This document shows, one piece after another, positions 1-8,469 of a stretch of DNA of 64,000 bases (its first letter is position 1; every line of letters starts with the position of its first letter). A program made the position numbers and the translations under genes. This DNA is from Verrucomicrobiota bacterium. GTDB lineage: Bacteria; Verrucomicrobiota; Verrucomicrobiia; Verrucomicrobiales; DEV007. The DNA lies in assembly GCA_045046875.1 (NCBI GenBank), contig JASFYY010000019.1, positions 1 to 64,000 on the forward strand. The letters run 5' to 3'. The notes under the pieces are model-generated. The model searched no databases, was not told the origin of the DNA, and worked only from the letters and a program-made list of their open reading frames with translations.

Positions 1-59
1 AATTGATTACCGAAGAGATGGAGCAACCTAAAGGGATAGAAGCGGTTCTTGGAAAATGA
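1..59 (+). CDS. 3' end of an upstream CDS (partial; ...LITEEMEQPKGIEAVLGK*)
   Basis: Frame from position 3 is open to TGA at 57-59, 17 nt before the next start; product unknown. Confidence 0.35.
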   Translation, partial: LITEEMEQPKGIEAVLGK

Positions 60-76
60 TAATTGTTAAATGAGAT

Positions 77-811
77 ATGATGAATGACAATGAGGTTTTA
101 TTGAGAAAATTGACGCGGCGGGAGTTTCGTGAGCGGATGGAAGGCGGGGATTTGAACTTGTGCATTCTACCGGTGGCCGCGATTGAGCAACATCTGGAAC
201 ATCTGGCGATGGAGCATGATTGGCGCAGTGTGTGCGCGGTGGCGGAGGGGGTGGCGGAGAAGCTCAGTCCGAAGGTGTTGGTGGCCGAGGCTTTGATGGT
301 GGGCATCAGTGAGCATCACATGAAACATCCAGGCACCTTGACTTTGAGACCCGGGACTTTTATGGCGGTGTTGAACGATTTGATTCGCAGCGTGGCGGAG
401 GCGGGTTTTGAGAATGTGCTGGTGCTGAATGGGCACGGCGGCAATGTGGCGCCGATCAAGGGGGTGTGGGATCAGTATTTGCGTGAGTTTTCACCGCTGA
501 ACCTGCATTTCATGTCTTATTGGGATGTGTATGACAAAGCAGATGCACGGGACTTGTTGGAGAGTGGTGAGCGTTTGCCCGAGGATTTACCGGGTCACGC
601 GCAGGAGTTTGAGACGGCGGTGGGCTTGGCTGCATTTGCGGAAAACGTCAGAACCGATATGTGGCAGGATCAGGAAGATCAACGCCCTTCGCTGGCTACG
701 GCGGAAAAAGGGCAGGCGTTTTTGGAGCGGGCGATTGATCGAGTGACGCTTATTACGGAGGCAATGATCGATGGTCGTCAGCGATCCGAGACGCCGGCTT
801 ATCATCCGTAG
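77..811 (+). CDS. Creatininase / creatinine amidohydrolase family protein
   Basis: Family motifs LPVAAIEQHLEHL..EHD, GISEHH, NGHGGN and HAQEFET. Confidence 0.9.
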   Translation: MMNDNEVLLRKLTRREFRERMEGGDLNLCILPVAAIEQHLEHLAMEHDWRSVCAVAEGVAEKLSPKVLVAEALMVGISEHHMKHPGTLTLRPGTFMAVLNDLIRSVAEAGFENVLVLNGHGGNVAPIKGVWDQYLREFSPLNLHFMSYWDVYDKADARDLLESGERLPEDLPGHAQEFETAVGLAAFAENVRTDMWQDQEDQRPSLATAEKGQAFLERAIDRVTLITEAMIDGRQRSETPAYHP

Positions 812-868
812 GATTGATAAATGAATGAGCTGGGGTTTGCTAAGCGGCCATGCCGTTTCGGTGGTTAG

Positions 869-890
869 CGGACAGGAATGTCAGCACTCC
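869..890. repeat. REP-like dispersed 22-nt repeat (copy 1)
   Basis: CGGACAGGAATGTCAGCACTCC; matches 44970-44991 at 21/22 positions; lies between convergent genes. Confidence 0.6.
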
Positions 891-904
891 TGTGGAGTTT
901 GGTT

Positions 905-2302
905 TTATAGCCGGTCTGATCCGGTTGGTCGGCCGGGCATGGGCTGCGTGCGCGGGCTCAGTAGGTCGATGCTGAGGGTGCGCGGGGAATTGTCTGACAA
1001 AGGGGCCGCAGTGTCCAGTGACGCGGAGTGTGCAGCTTGTTGATCCCACCATTTTTCTGCTTGGCTGCGGGTCCAGTCATGGGGGTGTTGGCACTGTTCC
1101 AGCGATGCACGAAGGTTACGGGCATTTGGTGGACGGTTTTCCATTTCCTTTTCCAGGCATTTTAAGATCAGGTGATCAAAATCGGGGGAGATTTTCTCAC
1201 CTAGAATAATCGATAGAGATACCGGGGCTTCGTTGATCTGCGCTTCTATGGTTTTCTCCAAGCTGCCTTTATTAAAAGGGTCTTTACCCGTGAGCAGAAA
1301 GTAAGCGACCAGCGCCAGTGAATATAAATCGCTGCGGCCATCCAGTTCGGTGCCGCTTTGCAAGGATTCCGGAGGCATGTAGGCGGGAGTTCCCAGTACG
1401 TAATCTTCTTGGGCAGCTTGCTCTTTTTCACTCATGCTTTGCACGATGCCAAAGTCCAGCACTTGCACCACATCGTATTCTCCTCCTCGGTTGCAGAGCA
1501 TGATGTTGGCGGGTTTGATGTCCCTATGGATCAGCCCATTCGCATGAGCCTCTGCCAGCGAACCGCAGACTTGTTTGAGAATTTGGATGACCCGTTCCTC
1601 GGGCACGGGGCCGTTTTGTTCGACCAGGCTTTGCAGTGAGATGCCGTCCAGATATTCCATGGCGTAATAAAAAAATCCGTCGGGGGTGCGACCGTAATCA
1701 AAGATGACGATGGTATTGGGGTGGGTGAGTTTGCTGGTGATCTGAACCTCGCGTTCAAACAAGCTGAGGTTCTCTTCATTGAGCATTTTTCGTTTAAGAA
1801 CTTTAACTGCAGTAGGTCGGCGCAGCAGAGCGTGATGGGCGAGATAAACTTCGGCCATGCCTCCTTCGCCGATTTTTTTCTCCAAGGTGTAGCGACCAAG
1901 CTGGTCTGCTTTAAGTGAGGCTTGACGTTTTTCCATCACCGAGGTGATACGGGCTTTTAGCAGGGGGAGAGTGAAGGGCTTGGTTACATAATCATCGGCC
2001 CCGAGTTGAATGCACTTCACCACGCTTTCGGTATCACCGAGGGAGGAAATCATGACGACTGGGATGCCGCAGTGGAGCGGTGATTTTTTTAATTTTTGTA
2101 GGACTTCGTAACCATCGAGTCCCGGTAAAATAATGTCCAGCAGGATGAGGTCGGGCTGGGAGTCTTCGATGGAGGCTAGAGCGGCTTCTCCGCTTTCGAC
2201 GGAAATGGAGAGATGCCCCATGGAGCGGACCAGGTCTTCCAGGATCAGCAGGTTGATTTTGGTATCATCAACGAGGAGGATTTTGAGAGGTGGAGATTGC
2301 AT
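905..2302 (-). CDS. Response-regulator receiver domain fused to a Hanks-type Ser/Thr protein kinase
   Basis: REC motifs ILLVDD, LILLDIILPGLDG and DDYVTKPF; kinase motifs GEGGMAEVY, AVK, HRDIKPAN, DFG and GTPAYMPPE. Start set at MQSPP (2302) because the longer ORF overlaps the divergent gene. Confidence 0.9.
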   Translation of the reverse strand: MQSPPLKILLVDDTKINLLILEDLVRSMGHLSISVESGEAALASIEDSQPDLILLDIILPGLDGYEVLQKLKKSPLHCGIPVVMISSLGDTESVVKCIQLGADDYVTKPFTLPLLKARITSVMEKRQASLKADQLGRYTLEKKIGEGGMAEVYLAHHALLRRPTAVKVLKRKMLNEENLSLFEREVQITSKLTHPNTIVIFDYGRTPDGFFYYAMEYLDGISLQSLVEQNGPVPEERVIQILKQVCGSLAEAHANGLIHRDIKPANIMLCNRGGEYDVVQVLDFGIVQSMSEKEQAAQEDYVLGTPAYMPPESLQSGTELDGRSDLYSLALVAYFLLTGKDPFNKGSLEKTIEAQINEAPVSLSIILGEKISPDFDHLILKCLEKEMENRPPNARNLRASLEQCQHPHDWTRSQAEKWWDQQAAHSASLDTAAPLSDNSPRTLSIDLLSPRTQPMPGRPTGSDRL

Positions 2303-2413
2303 GGTGTGTTGGTCTGCCTTGCAGATTGAATCAGGTAAAGAAAATGTTACAAACAAATAAGGAAGAGATGTAGGCAGCACTTGCAGATCGACGGCTTTGG
2401 TCGAAGATGGTTC

Positions 2414-3064
2414 ATGATGTGGAAACGTAGGATGACATGGTTGAGCTTGTGGATTTCCCTTTGGGGGCTTTTGGCTTGTCAAAAATCTGATAGCGACCAT
2501 GGCGAAGACAGTAAAAAGAAAGCTGATTTTGTCAGGCGTGGGGATGTTGAAGTGCGGCAATCGGATGAATTGACTTATGTGAAGGGAGGGGAGAAACCAC
2601 ACACCGGCGTGGTGATCAGTCGGGATAAAAACTGGAGGATGACTTATTTTTCCAATTATGAGCAAGGTCGATTGCACGGGGCGGAAATTTGGTGGTATGG
2701 AAATGGCCGGATGAAAAAAATGCTCGATTACGAACATGGCGAGAAGGTGCGGCATCGTGAGTGGTTTGAGAGCGGGGTGCATAAGATCGATGCGATGATG
2801 AAAGAGGGGGAGGCTTTTGGGAGGCACGTGAAGTGGTTTGAGGATGGGCGACTGAGGTTCTCCGGGAGTTTTGTGGAAAATTTACTGTGGGACGGACCGG
2901 TGAAGGATGTGCATGAGGATGGGCGGGTGATGTGGGACGCGGTTTTTAAACACGGGCGTTATGTGAGTGGGGTTTATCCGCCGGGGGAGAAGCAGAAGTT
3001 GATCGATGGGGGGATGCTGAAAACAGAACCAGTTTCAAAGGAAGGTGTAGAGAGTCAAAGGTAG
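2414..3064 (+). CDS. MORN-variant repeat (YwqK-antitoxin-like) lipoprotein
   Basis: Lipobox LLAC; repeats GRLHGAEIWWYGNG, HREWFESG, HVKWFEDG and DVHEDG. Confidence 0.7.
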   Translation: MMWKRRMTWLSLWISLWGLLACQKSDSDHGEDSKKKADFVRRGDVEVRQSDELTYVKGGEKPHTGVVISRDKNWRMTYFSNYEQGRLHGAEIWWYGNGRMKKMLDYEHGEKVRHREWFESGVHKIDAMMKEGEAFGRHVKWFEDGRLRFSGSFVENLLWDGPVKDVHEDGRVMWDAVFKHGRYVSGVYPPGEKQKLIDGGMLKTEPVSKEGVESQR

Positions 3065-3417
3065 GGAGTGGGACTTTGAGTTGTTTTTCGGATTATAAGA
3101 ATGCTGTGAAAAAATGTGAGCGAAGAGTGGTCGACGTTACGGTTTTACAACTTTAAACCAAAGGGTCCTCATATCCGAATGGCTGTCAACTGGGCAGTAA
3201 GTCGAAAGGAGGGTTGCCCTTTTGAATGATTTGAATAAGCAAATATTGGGTGGTTTTTACCAATATTCAAGAGGGCTTTATTTGAGACTACTGCCAAAGG
3301 CAAGTATATTGAAAGTAGTTCATGTTGCTGATAAATTTAATTTAAGACGCGTAAGACGATGGCAAATAACCCTGGTGATAAGCCCTCGCCTCATTTATTA
3401 AAAGTAATAGAGAAGCT

Positions 3418-5280
3418 ATGATTCCTCCCTCTTTTCATTTCTACATATATCGTCAGTGGTTTTATACTATGCTGGTTCTGTCTACGCGCTGCGTTGTATC
3501 TGCCGCGGAATCAGATGATCTGTTGGTGCCGCTGAGGCCGGAACAGGTACAGGTTGGGGGCGAGCTGGGTCGACGTATTGAGGTGACGATCAAAAACAAC
3601 CTACTCGTTCTTGATGTCAAAAATGATTTTCTAAAACCTTTCCAAGAAAAAAAGAGTAAGGGTGGATATATTGGCATCGGTAAGTTGATAGATGCCGCTG
3701 TCCGCTTTGCAGCCAACACGGATGATGCTGCTGTGATTGCCAAAAAGAAGCAAATCATCGACGAACTGATCCAAACCCAGGAACCTGACGGGTATATTGG
3801 GATGATGGATCCAGAATTCCGGGTGAAAAAATTGTGGGACATCCATGAGATTGGATACATCATTTATGGTTTGGAAAGTGACTATGAATTTTTTGGCACA
3901 AAGTCTTCTTTGCAAGCAGCGCAGTCGGCGGCTGATTATCTGTTGAAACACTGGAAGGAAATACCCGAGGATTGGGATAAAGAGACGGGAGTTCGAACCG
4001 GCGTTTCGGTAACTGGTCTGGAACGAGCTCTCATTCGTTTGACGCAACTGACAGGGCAGCAGCAATATCTCGATTTTTGTAAAAACCAACGTGACTTGCC
4101 CAACTGGGATCTGGGGATTGTGATCGGGCGCCGCCCCATGATAGAGGGGCATGTTTATGCCTACCTGTGTCGCAGTCTGGCCCAACTGGAGTTGTTTCGT
4201 GTAGATCATGATCCGAAATTGCTGCATCAAACCAAGCGTGCGATGGATTTTTTAACCGAGGGTGATGGTTTGACCATCACTGGTGGTGCCGGGCAACAGG
4301 AGATCTGGACTGCAGATCAAGACCTGCGTGGTCAATTGGGGGAAACCTGTGCCACTGCTTACCAGATTCGGATGTATGACAGTTTGTTGCGCCTTCAGGG
4401 TGACTCTGCTTCCGGTGACTTGATAGAGCGCAGTATCCATAATGCCCTGTTTGCTGCCCAGTCGCCGGATGGCCGGAAGATTCGATATTACTCGCCTGGT
4501 GAAGGGCCACGGATTTACTATTCTCGCGATATCTACTGTTGTCCGGGGAATTACCGACGTATCATTGCCGAACTGCCGTCTTTTGTTTTTTATCGTGCGG
4601 GGAAGGGCTTTGCCGTCAACCTGTATACCGACAGTAAAGCTGAGATAGGCTTACCCGGTGAGGTTAAACTTGTAGTGCGCCAGGAAACCGAATACCCCAA
4701 ATCAGGAAAGGTGCTAATCCATGTTGATCCTTCGAAGCCGTCGGATTTTCCGGTTCAGTTGCGTATACCTTCCTGGTGTTCGACTGCGAATGTTTCAGTG
4801 AATGGTAAGCCGGTAGGGAAAGCTATCCCTGGTGGGCAGTTTTACAAAATCCAGCAGACCTGGCGGAAAGGGGATACGATCACTTTGAAAATGCCGATGC
4901 CGTGGCGTCTGGTTCGTGGTCGGCAACGTCAGTCAGGCCGGGTAGCGGTGATGCGTGGACCTCTGGTTTTTTGCCTGAATCCATCCCAGAATAAAACTCT
5001 GGCTTCTTTGGATGCTGCGGATCTCAGTCGAATCACTTTGGATCCTCAATCTTTTAAGGATCCTGTGGCTGATGACTCCATCATTCCCGGCGGTGTTGCC
5101 GCCCATGTCCAGGCGTGGAGTCCCGGCTTTCGAGTCAAACGGCCTGGAGATCTTGAACTTGTGTTGACCCAGTTTGTCGATCCTGATGGGCAAGCTACTT
5201 ATTTTCGTCTGCCTGATCTGAGTATTGCAGTTGACGATGAGTTGTTTAGCGGAATTAAAAGAGAGGGTGCTGGTAAGTAG
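3418..5280 (+). CDS. GH127/GH146-type beta-L-arabinofuranosidase-like glycoside hydrolase, probably secreted
   Basis: QEPDGY, ETCA, CCPGN, QETEYP, LRIPSW, WRKGD and RGPLVF motifs; N-terminal signal-like segment. Confidence 0.85.
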   Translation: MIPPSFHFYIYRQWFYTMLVLSTRCVVSAAESDDLLVPLRPEQVQVGGELGRRIEVTIKNNLLVLDVKNDFLKPFQEKKSKGGYIGIGKLIDAAVRFAANTDDAAVIAKKKQIIDELIQTQEPDGYIGMMDPEFRVKKLWDIHEIGYIIYGLESDYEFFGTKSSLQAAQSAADYLLKHWKEIPEDWDKETGVRTGVSVTGLERALIRLTQLTGQQQYLDFCKNQRDLPNWDLGIVIGRRPMIEGHVYAYLCRSLAQLELFRVDHDPKLLHQTKRAMDFLTEGDGLTITGGAGQQEIWTADQDLRGQLGETCATAYQIRMYDSLLRLQGDSASGDLIERSIHNALFAAQSPDGRKIRYYSPGEGPRIYYSRDIYCCPGNYRRIIAELPSFVFYRAGKGFAVNLYTDSKAEIGLPGEVKLVVRQETEYPKSGKVLIHVDPSKPSDFPVQLRIPSWCSTANVSVNGKPVGKAIPGGQFYKIQQTWRKGDTITLKMPMPWRLVRGRQRQSGRVAVMRGPLVFCLNPSQNKTLASLDAADLSRITLDPQSFKDPVADDSIIPGGVAAHVQAWSPGFRVKRPGDLELVLTQFVDPDGQATYFRLPDLSIAVDDELFSGIKREGAGK

Positions 5281-5318
5281 GGGGTTACCTAATTCTCACT
5301 GGCCTGCAATGTCTCAAG

Positions 5319-6872
5319 CTACTTTCGCCAGTCGGATTCGGTGAAGTTTTTGGGCAGAGTGTATTGCCAGACCCAGTCGCCTTGGGTGGGGTCTTGTTTG
5401 AGCAGGCCGCGATCGTCGGTTTTGTTGAGGCCGACGGAGTAGATGATGGGGGTGCCGTCGGCTTTGATACGGTAGTGCAGGGGATCGCCGGTGATGAGCT
5501 CGTTGGGGATGGTGTCGAGGTAAGTGGGGGCAAGGGCGGTGAGGGTTTTTGGATAATCGCCGTACTCGCGGCGGTAGAGTTCGAGCGCGATGGCGATGCG
5601 GGCGAGATCGATGCGAGTGGCTATCTGGGCGGTGCGTTCGGCGATGGCGTAGTAGACGTCTGCAGAGAAGGTTGCTAGAAGGGTTGCGTTTGGTTGAGCG
5701 GAGAGATAAGGGTGATCCTTGATTGAAGTAAAGTTAGCCTTGCTTTGTGCGGCTATCTCCATGTTGATCCAATCGGTTAGGATTCTATCGTTTTGAGTAA
5801 GATAATTGTCTTGGAAAAAACGGCAAAAAGTTAATTTATTACGATTGAGAAAAGCCTGCGATAATCCGATATGCCGCAACACTTGTGTGAGTGCGGCGAT
5901 GTCGGAATAATCTTCGAAATAAGTGAGTTTGAGGGTGGCGTAGAATTCTTCAGGGTGATTTTCTAGTAAAGCAAGAGCGATGGCTCTTTCAACACGAATC
6001 GCAGCGACTAGATTTTTTTTCGGTGCCAGTTTCTGCAAGGATTTTTTGATAAGGAGAAGATCCCTAGAAATGAAAATATTAGAATGGAGCCCTTCCCATA
6101 TAATGGGGAGTGTGATGTTGTAAAAGGTAGAAGAAATCAAGTGAGACATGAAGGATTCATCAGATTCAAAAACAAGCAGAATACGCAATAGGGTTAGAAT
6201 GTCTTTTCTGGCGGCGATGGATTGGTTTAATGCGATATGGGATCGAGCCCGTAAAGAAAGTGCTCTAGTGATGGATAATAGGGGCTTTAAATGTGGGCGA
6301 TCTATTTTTGTTAGTTTTGAATAATTTAGAGGAAGCTTTGTTTTGGGACGCAGGGAAGCTTGTTTAAATTCTGCAAGAATGGCTTCAAGAGGTTCCAGTG
6401 CTTTGAGGAGGCCTTTTGCTGCCAGTTTGTCCGTTGGGAAGTCTTCAGGTTTTTCTAAGTGATCGGAAAGTTGGTTGCCGAATGCTCCACGCGCGCGCTG
6501 GGTGTTGTTGGAGGAGTGAACATTGTCGCCAAAACCGGAAAGTTCATTCAGGTCAATGGAGCTCAAACGGTTGTCATCAGGGTTATTGAAGACTTCGGCT
6601 ATAATCGGGGCGGCGGCGAAATTTTCTTCGTCGGGGATTTCTGGAGGGATGAGTTTTTCGAGGTCGAATATCTCGCCTTTGGCTTCCCAGTGTGCTTTGA
6701 AATCATCCCAGTCGCGTTGGGCTTGGCGGTTTTCGTGGATGCCTAGAGGGATGAGGATGGCGAGGATAAGGACTAGATGAGCAAGAACGATTTTGCTAGC
6801 CATGCGCGAGAAGCTACGACGAGACGGGGGATCGTCGAGACGTGTTGGCGCGAACTGATCGGGATCAGGCAT
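5319..6872 (-). CDS. Membrane-anchored hypothetical protein with a pseudopilin-like C-terminal motif
   Basis: N-terminal TM helix; C-terminal ARIAIALELYRREYGDYPKTLTAL.P.YL..IP and YSVG.N..DD.G. Confidence 0.7.
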   Translation of the reverse strand: MPDPDQFAPTRLDDPPSRRSFSRMASKIVLAHLVLILAILIPLGIHENRQAQRDWDDFKAHWEAKGEIFDLEKLIPPEIPDEENFAAAPIIAEVFNNPDDNRLSSIDLNELSGFGDNVHSSNNTQRARGAFGNQLSDHLEKPEDFPTDKLAAKGLLKALEPLEAILAEFKQASLRPKTKLPLNYSKLTKIDRPHLKPLLSITRALSLRARSHIALNQSIAARKDILTLLRILLVFESDESFMSHLISSTFYNITLPIIWEGLHSNIFISRDLLLIKKSLQKLAPKKNLVAAIRVERAIALALLENHPEEFYATLKLTYFEDYSDIAALTQVLRHIGLSQAFLNRNKLTFCRFFQDNYLTQNDRILTDWINMEIAAQSKANFTSIKDHPYLSAQPNATLLATFSADVYYAIAERTAQIATRIDLARIAIALELYRREYGDYPKTLTALAPTYLDTIPNELITGDPLHYRIKADGTPIIYSVGLNKTDDRGLLKQDPTQGDWVWQYTLPKNFTESDWRK

Positions 6873-6914
6873 GCCCTGAAAGTAGGGGGGGCGTGTTGGT
6901 GAGTCAAGAATGAG

Positions 6915-6944
6915 AACCACGAATGGACACTAAAAAACATGAAT
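6915..6944. repeat. Degenerate 10-nt-period triplet repeat (AACCACGAAT-type)
   Basis: AACCACGAAT GGACACTAAA AAACATGAAT; resembles 43814-43843 and 51019-51048. Confidence 0.5.
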
Positions 6945-6995
6945 AAGGAATAGGAGGAAATTCCCTCCACAGCCTACAGCCTTCTTGTGAGCCTG

Positions 6996-8429
6996 CTAGC
7001 TTTTCAAAATCGCCCGAATCACCTCGCCGCTATCGCTTGGCGGAATCAATCCTACCGGCAGGCCATTGCGTTTGAAGCGTAACTTGTCGGCGTCGAGACC
7101 GAAGAGGTGTAATAGAGTCGCGTGGTAGTCGTGGTGGGTGACCTTGTCGAGCACGGCGTGGTGACCCCATTCGTCGGTGGCTCCGTGGATGTGTCCACCG
7201 CGCACGCCGCCTCCGGCTAACCACATACTGAAGCCGTAGGTGTTGTGGTCGCGTCCGACTTTGTCCGGGCCGGTGTCGTTTTGGATGACGGGTAGGCGTC
7301 CCATTTCTCCGCCCCAATGCACGAGGGTGGTATCGAGCAGGCCGCGGCCTTTGAGGTCCTGAACCAGGGCTGCAGCGGGTTGGTCGATGTATTTGCAGGA
7401 TTCGGGCAGTCGTTTGCGGATGGTGCCGTGGTGATCCCAGTATTGATTTTTGGTGAAAAGCTGGACAAAACGAACGCCGCGTTCGACCAGGCGGCGAGCG
7501 ATCAGGCAGCGGGTGCCAAATTCTTCGGTGGCCGGGTCGTCGATGCCGTAGAGTTGTTTGGTGGCTTTGGATTCGCCGGAAATGTCGAGGGCGTTTTTGG
7601 CCGCGGTTTGCATTTTGGCGGCGAGTTCGTAGCTGCTGATGCGGGCTTCGAGTTCGAGTTCGCCGGGATGCTGGTCGAGGTGTTGGCGGTTGAGTTGGTC
7701 GAGGTAGGAGAGGTAGCGTTTTTGCGGTTCGCCTTTGAGGTGGGGTGGTGCGTCGAGGTTGGCGATGCGTGGTTCTTTGGAGCGCACGACGGTGCCTTGG
7801 TAGAGCGAGGGCAGCCAGCCGTTGGACCAGTTGCGCACGCCTTCGACGGGCAGTCCGCGGGGATCCTTGAGCACCATGAAGGCGGGCAGTTCGTCGGTTT
7901 GATTACCGAGTCCGTAGGACAGCCAGGCACCGAGCGCGGGGTTGCCGGGGGTGACCCGTCCGGTATTGAGTGAGTGGATGGACTGGCCGTGATTGTTCAC
8001 TCCGGTGGTCATCGAGCGGATGATGGTGATGTCATCGGCGATGCCTTGCAGGTGAGGCAGCAGTTCGGAGATTTCCATGCCGGATTCGCCACAGCGGCTG
8101 TATTTCCACGGGCAGGCGAGCACGGTGGAGCTGGCCTGGGCGGCGTTGTCGTATTTGATTTTTCCGGGGAAAGGTTTGCCGGCGAATTTTTCCAGCAAAG
8201 GCTTGGGGTCCATCAGGTCGATGTGACTGGGGCCGCCCTGCATGAACATCGAGATCATCGCCTGGGCTTTGGGGCGCTCGAAGGGTTGTTTGGGCAGTAA
8301 GTCAAAAGATTCAGTTTTGCCGGAAACCGGGCGGGCAAAAGTCTGTTCGCGCTGCATCAACCAGGACAATGCGACGGAACCGATTCCCATACCGCTACGG
8401 TTTAAAAAATCTCTGCGTGAGGTGAACAT
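6996..8429 (-). CDS. DUF1501 domain protein (Tat-exported)
   Basis: Tat motif SRRDFL; FMQGGPSHIDLMDPKP, ARRLVERGVRFVQ, WDHH, GEMGRLP and GRDHN. Confidence 0.9.
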   Translation of the reverse strand: MFTSRRDFLNRSGMGIGSVALSWLMQREQTFARPVSGKTESFDLLPKQPFERPKAQAMISMFMQGGPSHIDLMDPKPLLEKFAGKPFPGKIKYDNAAQASSTVLACPWKYSRCGESGMEISELLPHLQGIADDITIIRSMTTGVNNHGQSIHSLNTGRVTPGNPALGAWLSYGLGNQTDELPAFMVLKDPRGLPVEGVRNWSNGWLPSLYQGTVVRSKEPRIANLDAPPHLKGEPQKRYLSYLDQLNRQHLDQHPGELELEARISSYELAAKMQTAAKNALDISGESKATKQLYGIDDPATEEFGTRCLIARRLVERGVRFVQLFTKNQYWDHHGTIRKRLPESCKYIDQPAAALVQDLKGRGLLDTTLVHWGGEMGRLPVIQNDTGPDKVGRDHNTYGFSMWLAGGGVRGGHIHGATDEWGHHAVLDKVTHHDYHATLLHLFGLDADKLRFKRNGLPVGLIPPSDSGEVIRAILKS

Positions 8430-8469
8430 GTTGAATAATGGACAGTTGGAAATTGAAAATGAAGAAAGA

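Noticed and set aside
77..811. Mycofactocin MftE / RiPP peptidase
   Set aside because: No precursor peptide or radical SAM gene visible; upstream context lies outside the window
2303..2827. N-terminal extension of the kinase ORF
   Set aside because: Overlaps the divergent lipoprotein gene; the REC domain starts at 2302
3192..3219. GGGCAG..GAAA..TTGCCC as a c-di-GMP riboswitch
   Set aside because: The P1 stem is poor and the second conserved hairpin is not present
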